IMG/VR virus record: IMGVR_UViG_3300010348_001764
From: an uncultured virus (IMG/VR IMGVR_UViG_3300010348_001764)
Taxonomy: Duplodnaviria; Heunggongvirae; Uroviricota; Caudoviricetes
Length of the DNA stretch: 64,000 nucleotides
Direction: 5' to 3' (one strand)
The translations under genes were made by a program, and so were the position numbers. Below are positions 22,097-28,145 of the stretch, one piece after another (within the stretch, counting starts at the first letter, position 1; every line of letters begins with the position of its first letter). The notes beneath the pieces are model-generated. The model was not told the origin of the DNA. It did not search any database and saw only the letters and a program-made list of their open reading frames with translations.

Positions 22097-22139
22097 GTTA
22101 CACATTCGCTGTGTACTTCACCGGCCAGGGTGATACAGT
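22097..22139 (+). promoter_or_regulatory. early-type promoter GTTACA-N8-GTGTAC-N17-TACAGT
   Basis: matches recurring promoter motif. Confidence 0.6.
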
Positions 22140-22221
22140 AGCAACATCGACCAAGCAATCGCAAGAGCGCAAGGTCACCGATCAACCTGGGTTTAACGGT
22201 TCCAAACCGCGAAACCCTGTA

Positions 22222-22227
22222 TATAAT
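22222..22227 (+). promoter_or_regulatory. -10 box TATAAT for leader/tRNA array
   Basis: perfect -10 about 40 nt upstream of leader ATG. Confidence 0.65.
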
Positions 22228-22265
22228 CTCAACATCTACTCTTCAACGAGCACTTGGACTTCATC

Positions 22266-22388
22266 ATGATCACCCGTAACGTCAAAACCACGAAGATGTT
22301 CTGGCAACAGCGCCAGAATACCGTCGTGCGCTTTGAGCGCCACGAGATTGATCGAATGGCCCTGGTTCTCGGGGAGACGAAAGCCTAA
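22266..22388 (+). CDS. putative attenuator leader peptide MITRNVKTTKMFWQQRQNTVVRFERHEIDRMALVLGETKA
   Basis: 40-aa ORF (not in track) overlapping antiterminator strand; codon content mirrors downstream tRNAs. Confidence 0.8.
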   Translation: MITRNVKTTKMFWQQRQNTVVRFERHEIDRMALVLGETKA

Positions 22389-22418
22389 CAAGCTTCAGTC
22401 AAACACCAAGAACCAGGG
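22360..22418 (+). promoter_or_regulatory. antiterminator helix
   Basis: CCCTGGTTCT (22360-69) complementary to AGAACCAGGG (22409-18), which overlaps the 5' arm of the terminator. Confidence 0.8.
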
Positions 22419-22451
22419 ACCTCGCGAAAGCAAGGTCCCTGGTTTGTTTTT
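22411..22451 (+). terminator. intrinsic terminator (attenuator)
   Basis: AACCAGGGACCT-cGCgaaaGCa-AGGTCCCTGGTT then TGTTTTT. Confidence 0.88.
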
Positions 22452-22657
22452 GGATGTAGAGAAAACCGCTTGAAAGTCCAGCGGTATACAAGCAGGATGA
22501 CCGCTTTGAACCGGCCGAGTACTCTTCAGGCCGACGAGTGCGAAAAGGGATGGATAGTTTGATCCATGGGCCGCCCAGTGCAAACGACGGGCAGTTCCCA
22601 TGGGTCCATTCTTCAGCCTACAAGAAGTTGTCTGAAGAATGGATCGTATGTTACAAT

Positions 22658-22733
22658 GGGTCTGTCGTCTAACTGGCAAGATCTACGCCTCCAAAGCGTG
22701 AGGATGGGAGTTCAAATCTCTCCGGGCCCGCCA
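22658..22733 (+). tRNA. tRNA-Trp(CCA)
   Basis: cloverleaf, loop CT-CCA-AA, 3' CCA. Confidence 0.88.
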
Positions 22734-22734
22734 C

Positions 22735-23193
22735 ATGCATCACATCATCTACAAAACCACCTGCGAACCAACAGGAAAGTTCTACATCGGGATGCACACG
22801 ACCGATGATCTGAACGATGGCTATCTCGGAAGCGGGCTTCACCTCAAGCGATCGATCAAGAAACATGGTCGATCTGCGCACCGTGTAGAAGTGCTTGAAC
22901 AGCATTCGACACGGGAGAAGCTTGCTGAACGAGAACGGCAGATCGTAGATGAGCATCTCAGTAATGAGCTCTGCATGAACATCAAACGCGGTGGAGAAGG
23001 TGGGGGACACTTCTGGTCTAAAGAGCAGCAAGCTAAGGCTGCAAGTGCCGGAGGAAAGACTTCAACCAATGCCAACTTCATCGACAGTCTCGCGATCGCG
23101 AAAGCTTCGCAGACACGCAAAGAAAGATACGGACCAACGTACTACGCTGACATCGCAAAGAAGCGTTGGGCCAAACTAAACATGGGTCGCTAG
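22735..23193 (+). CDS. GIY-YIG (Seg-like) homing endonuclease
   Basis: IYKTT..FYIGMH..YLGSG; lower GC. Confidence 0.8.
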   Translation: MHHIIYKTTCEPTGKFYIGMHTTDDLNDGYLGSGLHLKRSIKKHGRSAHRVEVLEQHSTREKLAERERQIVDEHLSNELCMNIKRGGEGGGHFWSKEQQAKAASAGGKTSTNANFIDSLAIAKASQTRKERYGPTYYADIAKKRWAKLNMGR

Positions 23194-23259
23194 CTCAATT
23201 GGCAGAGTTCCGGTCTCCAAAACCGGCGGTTCGGGGTTCGAGTCCCTGGCGGCCCGCCA
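23184..23259 (+). tRNA. tRNA-Trp(CCA)
   Basis: cloverleaf, CT-CCA-AA. Confidence 0.92.
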
Positions 23260-23264
23260 AGAAC

Positions 23265-23348
23265 ATGACAACCGAACGGATGATGGTTATCTTTGATTCG
23301 TACTCAAACTTGCCGAAAGGCATACCCGTCGCCACACCTTGTTGTCAT
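23265..23348 (+). ncRNA. Y-RNA (Yrl)-like RNA A
   Basis: ATGACAAC/GTTGTCAT stem, CCGAA, inner stem, GGTTATC, two hairpins. Confidence 0.6.
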
Positions 23349-23358
23349 ACAATTCAGT

Positions 23359-23436
23359 TGGGGAGAAGGCAAAGTGGTCGAGCCGCCTGCCTCTGAAGCA
23401 GGTCACTAGTGAGTTCGAGTCTCACCTCCCTTGCCA
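23359..23436 (+). tRNA. tRNA-Gln(CTG)
   Basis: CCTGC-CTCTGAA-GCAGG, T-arm, CCA. Confidence 0.85.
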
Positions 23437-23443
23437 AACACAT

Positions 23444-23518
23444 GCCGCGGTAGCTCTCAGGGAGGGCCGCTCGCTGTCTACGAGATGCAGGCGGGTTCGA
23501 GTCCCGTCCGCGGCGCCA
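23444..23518 (+). tRNA. tRNA-Asp(GTC)
   Basis: loop CT-GTC-TA, GCCA end. Confidence 0.85.
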
Positions 23519-23526
23519 AACACAAT

Positions 23527-23602
23527 GCCGCTGTCGTATAGCTGGTGCGTACGCGGGTCTGAAAAGCCTGAGGAGACGGTTCGATTCCGTACGGCGGCAC
23601 CA
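23527..23602 (+). tRNA. tRNA-Phe(GAA)
   Basis: loop CT-GAA-AA. Confidence 0.88.
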
Positions 23603-23607
23603 ACAAT

Positions 23608-23683
23608 AGCCTTGAGAGTGAATGGGATTCCTCTGTCCTTCACATGGACGGGTTGCGAGGTTCGAGTCCTCGCTAGGCCACCA
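23608..23683 (+). tRNA. tRNA-Val(CAC), mismatched acceptor stem
   Basis: loop TT-CAC-AT, T-arm, ACCA. Confidence 0.7.
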
Positions 23684-23691
23684 AACACTAT

Positions 23692-23763
23692 CTCACCGCT
23701 CATGGAGGAGGCCGACGGTTGCGAGCCGTTGGAATGCTGGTTCGAATCCAGCCGGTGGGTCCA
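23692..23763 (+). tRNA. non-canonical tRNA-Arg(GCG), 72 nt
   Basis: no 8-9 linker, 3-bp D stem, 7-bp anticodon stem. Confidence 0.75.
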
Positions 23764-23769
23764 AGCTAT

Positions 23770-23845
23770 CTCGCCGTCGTACAACGGACTAGTACAGGAC
23801 GCTACGAACGTTCAAATGGGGGTTCGATTCCCTCCGGCGGGTCCA
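23770..23845 (+). tRNA. tRNA-Arg(ACG)
   Basis: canonical cloverleaf, CT-ACG-AA. Confidence 0.9.
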
Positions 23846-23885
23846 CTTTTCAACGAGTAAATAGGGCACCACACAGAGGAGCCCC

Positions 23886-24518
23886 ATGAAGAACTACGCA
23901 GTGAACGACGTTTCAGGCCGCGATCGGCTTGCTATTCCAGCAGGTGGCACGTTTCCTCGTGCGCCTCTGATCGGCGAGCTGTTCTTCCTGTCGTGTGACA
24001 TGCCCGCTGACACCAACCCGCTGCTGCCGTGGTACTCACGCGGCACCTACGCCTTCGGTGGCGTAGTTTGGGAGAAGCTCAGCGACGTTCCTCGAGCCCG
24101 CAAGGTCGGCATCATCGGTGCCCGCGAGGTCGAGAACGAAGTTCCAGTCAAGCTTGGTACACCACCGAGCCTGCGAGAAGGAACCGAGATCGTCACTGTT
24201 GCAGTTCGCCCGACCAACCGCCGCGCCACCTTCTCTGGCACCGCCACCATGTGGCTCAACACGAGAAGCGCTGGTACCGTTTGGGTTGCCGTCTTCAACA
24301 AGCTGAAGCTCTGCGCCCTTGCAGCTCAGTACGTGGAGCCGGACAAATCAGCTTCGCTCAACGTGTCGTTCTACGACGCACCGAGCACGCACGAAGAGCA
24401 GACGTACTCTCTTCGTGTTTACTCAGACGTGAAGAACGTCTTCTTCATCAACCGCGGCGACCTCGCCCACTTTGATGGAGTTGCACAGACCGCCTTCATC
24501 GTCGAAGAGAACACGTAA
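23886..24518 (+). CDS. hypothetical late protein, virion/fibre-associated-like
   Basis: late promoter, RBS; GTFP..P..GELFF motif resembles tail-fibre N-termini in this window. Confidence 0.7.
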   Translation: MKNYAVNDVSGRDRLAIPAGGTFPRAPLIGELFFLSCDMPADTNPLLPWYSRGTYAFGGVVWEKLSDVPRARKVGIIGAREVENEVPVKLGTPPSLREGTEIVTVAVRPTNRRATFSGTATMWLNTRSAGTVWVAVFNKLKLCALAAQYVEPDKSASLNVSFYDAPSTHEEQTYSLRVYSDVKNVFFINRGDLAHFDGVAQTAFIVEENT

Positions 24519-24522
24519 TCAC

Positions 24523-24597
24523 GGGGTCAAAACTTTGACGGTGAAGCTTCGCCTCTTAAGCGACTGGAACTTGGTTCGAATCCAAGTGGCCCCACCA
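24523..24597 (+). tRNA. tRNA-Lys(CTT)
   Basis: loop CT-CTT-AA. Confidence 0.85.
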
Positions 24598-24603
24598 ATC
24601 TAT

Positions 24604-24679
24604 GCTGCGTTCGTCTAGGGGACCAGGACACGACCCTTTCACGGTTGGAACGCGGGTTCGAATCCCGCACGCAGTACCA
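24604..24679 (+). tRNA. tRNA-Glu(TTC)
   Basis: loop CT-TTC-AC. Confidence 0.9.
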
Positions 24680-24685
24680 AAACTT

Positions 24686-24770
24686 GGGCCGTTGGCAGAG
24701 CGGTTATGCAGCGGACTCTTAATCCGTAGGAGCAATCCTGATCTGGGTTCGACCCCCAGGCGGCCCACCA
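24686..24770 (+). tRNA. tRNA-Lys(CTT) with long variable arm
   Basis: GCGGA-CTCTTAA-TCCGT then AGGAgcaaTCCT arm. Confidence 0.8.
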
Positions 24771-24778
24771 AGTTTCAT

Positions 24779-24853
24779 ACACCCATCGACTACAGGAAGG
24801 TCGGCGAGGCTCTCACCCCGCAGGCACGGGTTCGAATCCCGTTGGGTGTCCCA
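24779..24853 (+). tRNA. tRNA-Glu(CTC), bulged anticodon stem
   Basis: loop CT-CTC-AC. Confidence 0.75.
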
Positions 24854-24858
24854 ACAAT

Positions 24859-24947
24859 ACTCCTGAATACAAAGGGTCGAGTGGCTGGGCTTTCACCCCA
24901 GTAGGCGTAACAGCTGTTAGCAGGTTCAAGTCCTGTCAGGAGTGCCA
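24859..24947 (+). tRNA. tRNA-Glu(TTC) with long variable arm
   Basis: CTGGG-CTTTCAC-CCCAG then 18-nt variable region. Confidence 0.78.
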
Positions 24948-24955
24948 GAATCAAT

Positions 24956-25031
24956 GCCCCTGGAGTGCGTGCGGATTGCATGCGACCTTGGTATGGTTGC
25001 GGATCGGGTTCGACTCCCGATGGGGGCACCA
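24956..25031 (+). tRNA. tRNA-Thr(GGT)
   Basis: loop TT-GGT-AT. Confidence 0.8.
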
Positions 25032-25038
25032 CAACGAT

Positions 25039-25112
25039 GGACGTATCGTATATGGGTATTACCCACGCCTGTCTAGCGTGAGAACGGGGTTCGAGTCCCC
25101 GTACGTCCGCCA
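25039..25112 (+). tRNA. tRNA-Asp(GTC)
   Basis: loop CT-GTC-TA. Confidence 0.88.
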
Positions 25113-25118
25113 AACAAT

Positions 25119-25194
25119 GGACTCTGTCGTCTAACGGCAGGACACCTGCTAAGAAGCAGGTGATGGTTGGTTCGAATCCACCCAGGGTCCCCCA
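25119..25194 (+). ncRNA. tRNA-like RNA, 8-bp acceptor, 6-nt anticodon loop
   Basis: GGACTCTG/CAGGGTCC + C-CCA; CCTGC-TAAGAA-GCAGG. Confidence 0.7.
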
Positions 25195-25200
25195 ATCAAT

Positions 25201-25274
25201 GGTGTTGCTAGTGTAGTGGAAGCACGACTGTCTGTGAAACAGTAAGCGAGGGTTCGATTCCCAGCTTCACCCCA
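25201..25274 (+). tRNA. tRNA-His(GTG), imperfect stems
   Basis: G-1:C73, loop CT-GTG-AA. Confidence 0.75.
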
Positions 25275-25277
25275 AGA

Positions 25278-25381
25278 ATTGTCTGTAGCTCAGTCGGTAG
25301 AGCAGCAACCACCTCATGGCGAAGGGCCAAACGCTGGTGGGTAAAGTAGGCCGTCGGTTCGAGTCCGACCAGATGATCCCA
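25278..25381 (+). ncRNA. tRNA-like RNA with expanded anticodon domain
   Basis: canonical D and T arms, 8-bp acceptor + C-CCA, about 43-nt irregular arm replacing anticodon arm. Confidence 0.7.
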
Positions 25382-25387
25382 TTCGAT

Positions 25388-25464
25388 GGTGTAGGTAGCT
25401 CAATTGGTAGAGCCCTGGATTGTGATTCCAGCCGCTGCGGGTTCGAGTCCCGTCCTACACCCCA
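25388..25464 (+). tRNA. tRNA-His(GTG)
   Basis: G-1, loop TT-GTG-AT. Confidence 0.92.
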
Positions 25465-25472
25465 ACAATCAT

Positions 25473-25546
25473 GCTCTGTTAGGATAGTGGTAGTCTGACT
25501 CTCTCGTAAGGAGTAGGCGAGTGTTCGATTCACTCACAGAGCACCA
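25473..25546 (+). tRNA. tRNA-Thr(CGT)
   Basis: loop CT-CGT-AA. Confidence 0.85.
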
Positions 25547-25557
25547 ACAGATTCTAT

Positions 25558-25635
25558 TCCGCGAGAGGCGTCATGGTGACAACCGCACCGCTGTTAACGG
25601 TGATTAGTCAGGTTCGATTCCTGGTCGCGGAGCCA
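25558..25635 (+). tRNA. tRNA-Asn(GTT)
   Basis: loop CT-GTT-AA, U1-A72, G73. Confidence 0.88.
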
Positions 25636-25649
25636 ATCTAAATAGACTC

Positions 25650-26285
25650 ATGAAAACCTTTGAGTTGCTTGAAAACAAGGTTCCTTGCCCTGTTTGTGGT
25701 AAGGAGTACAAACCACTTGGTCTTGCTTCGCACGTTAACCAACAGCATAATCCAGACTATGTGAACCCGCGGTCTACGGGAAAGGAAATCTGGAATAAGG
25801 GCAAAAAGAAAACAAACAATTCAAGTGTAGAACGAATCAGTCAAGCACTGCGTGGTAAGCCAACATGGTCAAAAGGAAAAGCGGCCTCAGATGGGCGCCG
25901 AGCGGCTACTTCTGCTTCAATGAAGAAAGCCCATGCTGAAAATAGGGCGCACAACATTGGTGCAAGTCGCTGGAACAATGAGCCTTCATACCCGGAGAAA
26001 TTCTTTGCAGATGTTATCCGCAACGAATTTGCTGACAAGAACTTCAAACAGGAATATCCTGTTGGCCGCTACAGCATTGATTTTGCCTGGCCGCACTTGA
26101 TGAAAGCCATCGAGATTGATGGTGATCAACACGAACGATTTGAGAAGCAGCGCGAAAGCGATGCACGCAAAGACAAAGTACTTGAGACAGCAGGATGGAA
26201 AGTTTTGCGTGTCAAGTGGAAGAAGATGTATGCTGACACTAAAGCAGAAATTGCTAGGTGCAAGGCTTTCATTGATGGCCAATAG
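25650..26285 (+). CDS. homing-type endonuclease: C2H2 finger, NUMOD-like repeats, Vsr/DUF559-like domain
   Basis: CPVC..HVNQQH; YSIDFA..AIEIDGDQH..GWKVLRV; low GC. Confidence 0.8.
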   Translation: MKTFELLENKVPCPVCGKEYKPLGLASHVNQQHNPDYVNPRSTGKEIWNKGKKKTNNSSVERISQALRGKPTWSKGKAASDGRRAATSASMKKAHAENRAHNIGASRWNNEPSYPEKFFADVIRNEFADKNFKQEYPVGRYSIDFAWPHLMKAIEIDGDQHERFEKQRESDARKDKVLETAGWKVLRVKWKKMYADTKAEIARCKAFIDGQ

Positions 26286-26316
26286 GAGCCGGGTTCGATT
26301 CCTGGGCGGCCAGCCA
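26276..26316 (+). pseudogene. tRNA 3' remnant (T-arm, acceptor strand, CCA)
   Basis: CCGGG-TTCGATT-CCTGG-GCGGCCA-G-CCA with no D or anticodon arm. Confidence 0.65.
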
Positions 26317-26324
26317 AACACGAA

Positions 26325-26396
26325 ACCCCTGCCGAAGGAACGGCGGCACGCCTCCTAAGCGAGCATGCGCTGGTTCGAGTCCAGCCAGGGGTACCA
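26325..26396 (+). tRNA. non-canonical tRNA-Arg(CCT), 72 nt
   Basis: CCG-AAGGAA-CGG D-arm directly after acceptor; loop CT-CCT-AA. Confidence 0.75.
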
Positions 26397-26402
26397 GAAC
26401 AT

Positions 26403-26477
26403 GGTGGTGTAGCATTGAGGTAATGCACTTCCCTCATAAGGAAGTCGAAGTCGGTTCGATTCCGACCACCACCTCCA
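26403..26477 (+). tRNA. tRNA-Met or Ile2 (CAT)
   Basis: loop CT-CAT-AA. Confidence 0.88.
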
Positions 26478-26482
26478 AGATC

Positions 26483-26563
26483 GACAGCCGGATTGCAACC
26501 TGACGGTTATCACTTTTCATGATCACCCCGTCTAAACGCGCGCTCGAAAGAGCCTTTGCTGTC
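26483..26563 (+). ncRNA. Y-RNA (Yrl)-like RNA B
   Basis: GACAGC/GCTGTC stem, CCGGA, GACGG/CCGTC with GGTTATC. Confidence 0.5.
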
Positions 26564-26568
26564 ACAAT

Positions 26569-26643
26569 TGCTCCTTAGCTCAGTGGTAGAGCAGCGTCTT
26601 GATAAGGCGAAGGTCGTAGGTTCAATCCCTACAGGAGCAACCA
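26569..26643 (+). tRNA. tRNA-Ile(GAT)
   Basis: loop TT-GAT-AA. Confidence 0.9.
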
Positions 26644-26650
26644 GAACATT

Positions 26651-26724
26651 GCCCGCGTAGCTCAATGGTAGAGCACTGCTTTGACACGGCAGATACAGTG
26701 GTTCGATTCCACTCGTGGGTACCA
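26651..26724 (+). tRNA. tRNA-Val(GAC)
   Basis: loop TT-GAC-AC. Confidence 0.9.
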
Positions 26725-26730
26725 TCCAGT

Positions 26731-26807
26731 TGGCCGGTAGCTTAAGGGGAAGAGCGGCGTGGTTCTGAGCCACGAGGGCCTCGGTTCGAGTCCGAGACGG
26801 CTTGCCA
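26731..26807 (+). tRNA. tRNA-Gln(CTG)
   Basis: loop TT-CTG-AG. Confidence 0.78.
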
Positions 26808-26814
26808 ATTCTGA

Positions 26815-26892
26815 TGGGGAGAAGCCAAAGTGGTCGAGGCACTGCGCTTTGAACGCAGTCACTAGTCGGTTCGAGTCCGACCTCCCTTGCCA
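26815..26892 (+). tRNA. tRNA-Gln(TTG)
   Basis: loop CT-TTG-AA; body paralogous to 23359. Confidence 0.85.
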
Positions 26893-26954
26893 ACAACTTG
26901 AAAGGAGCGCGCTATGCGTTCAGCCACCAGCGCCTCCGGAAAACGCCCCTTCAA

Positions 26955-27043
26955 GGGGGTGTGACCGAGAGGCCGAAGGTATCGGGCTTTTAACCCGACG
27001 CGGGAAACCGCCACCGTGGGTTCGACTCCCACTGCCCTCACCA
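26955..27043 (+). tRNA. tRNA-Lys(TTT) with long variable arm
   Basis: TCGGG-CTTTTAA-CCCGA then GCGGgaaaCCGC arm. Confidence 0.8.
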
Positions 27044-27054
27044 CTAAATACTGC

Positions 27055-27270
27055 ATGCGAGTAGGTGAACTCATTCCTCTGAGCGGTACGCACTTTCTGT
27101 CGAAGGCCTCGGTCCCGGCAGGCAAGGCAGCCGTCGCCAACCTCGGAGTGCTGGGTATCTCCATCGGCATCGGCAAGCCGTCAGGCACAACGTCGACACC
27201 ATCCGTCCCGATGCCCAAGTACAAGACCATCCCTGGGCACACGCAGGGCGTAGCTGCACCACGAAAGTAA
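27055..27270 (+). CDS. small late protein (MRVGELIPLS)
   Basis: TAAATA at 27045; fills the gap between tRNAs. Confidence 0.5.
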   Translation: MRVGELIPLSGTHFLSKASVPAGKAAVANLGVLGISIGIGKPSGTTSTPSVPMPKYKTIPGHTQGVAAPRK

Positions 27271-27271
27271 C

Positions 27272-27343
27272 ACCCCCGCCGGAGGAGCGGAGGCTTTCCT
27301 TCTAAGTTAGCCGATGGGGGTTCGAGTCCCTCCGGGGGTATCA
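27272..27343 (+). tRNA. non-canonical tRNA-Arg(TCT), 72 nt, ends TCA
   Basis: same fold as other 72-nt Arg tRNAs. Confidence 0.7.
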
Positions 27344-27350
27344 CATCCAT

Positions 27351-27426
27351 GCCTGGGTAGCTGAGAGGTTCAAGCGCTGCTTTCACACAGCAGAGCATGT
27401 GGGTTCGAGTCCCACACCAGGTACCA
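27351..27426 (+). tRNA. tRNA-Val(CAC)
   Basis: loop TT-CAC-AC. Confidence 0.88.
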
Positions 27427-27433
27427 CTTCCAT

Positions 27434-27505
27434 ACCGCGGCCGAAGGAACGGCGCTGGCCCTCCGAAGGCTGGACGCTGGGGTTCGAGTCCCCTCCGCGG
27501 TTCCA
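27434..27505 (+). tRNA. non-canonical tRNA-Arg(CCG), 72 nt
   Basis: CCG-AAGGAA-CGG D-arm; loop CT-CCG-AA. Confidence 0.75.
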
Positions 27506-27539
27506 TCTTCCATACTCAACATCTCCAAGGAGAGCTCCG

Positions 27540-27707
27540 ATGTCACAAGTCGCCAAGAAGAAGCAGAAGCTGATCGAACGCCTTGCTGTCCTCGAAGCCG
27601 AGCTCCGTCTCGCTCTACAGAAGAAGGCGTCCTCAGCTGCCGAGATCGACGTGCCTGGCAAAACCAAGCGCATTCAGGAGCTGCGACGGGAGATCGCGGC
27701 TCTGTAA
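27540..27707 (+). CDS. small coiled-coil protein
   Basis: AAGGAG RBS. Confidence 0.65.
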   Translation: MSQVAKKKQKLIERLAVLEAELRLALQKKASSAAEIDVPGKTKRIQELRREIAAL

Positions 27708-27716
27708 GGAGCCCAC

Positions 27717-28049
27717 ATGGACACCACCTTCAGGACCAAGTTCCTGACCAACACCGACGACACCGGTCGGTTCATCGTTGTCTCGCGCCGCACCGGCCGA
27801 ACGTACTACGTTGAGCCGATCGAGACAGCCCACACTCCCAAGTGGGGCTCGGTTGACCCAGCAACGGGCAACCTCATGCACAAGAAGGGCGACGGCAAGT
27901 TCCGTGGCGGCATTTCACCTAGTGAAAGTCTGATCACGCCTGAGAACGGCTTTGACCCTGAGAAGATCACGATGCTTGAGCGCGGGACCTCCCCGCTTCA
28001 CGCAATCGATGTCCTGGACGCAAAGTACCCGGACAAGGCAGCAGCCTGA
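27717..28049 (+). CDS. hypothetical protein
   Basis: TAAGGAG RBS. Confidence 0.75.
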   Translation: MDTTFRTKFLTNTDDTGRFIVVSRRTGRTYYVEPIETAHTPKWGSVDPATGNLMHKKGDGKFRGGISPSESLITPENGFDPEKITMLERGTSPLHAIDVLDAKYPDKAAA

Positions 28050-28058
28050 CAGAAGTCT

Positions 28059-28086
28059 GAGGAGAGCTCTGAGAGCTCTCCTCTCC
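28059..28086 (+). terminator. hairpin closing the tRNA operon
   Basis: GAGGAGAGCTCT..AGAGCTCTCCTC inverted repeat; weak U tract. Confidence 0.5.
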
Positions 28087-28145
28087 TGCCTCCATCCCTA
28101 AATACGCTGTGCCGCTATCGGGGCATGATAGGAACACAGCGCTAG

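Noticed and set aside
22075..22269. 64-aa ORF before the leader
   Set aside because: Overlaps two promoter motifs and has atypical composition.
22490..22550. Hammerhead-like GATGA...GAAA
   Set aside because: Core CTGANGA is not matched and the three stems could not be built.
25278..25381. Intron-containing tRNA
   Set aside because: Insert too short for a group I intron and I could not identify a bulge-helix-bulge; kept as tRNA-like RNA.
22566..27506. Track ORFs overlapping tRNAs (e.g. 23339-23860, 24602-24904, 26862-27506)
   Set aside because: They are translations of tRNA genes.
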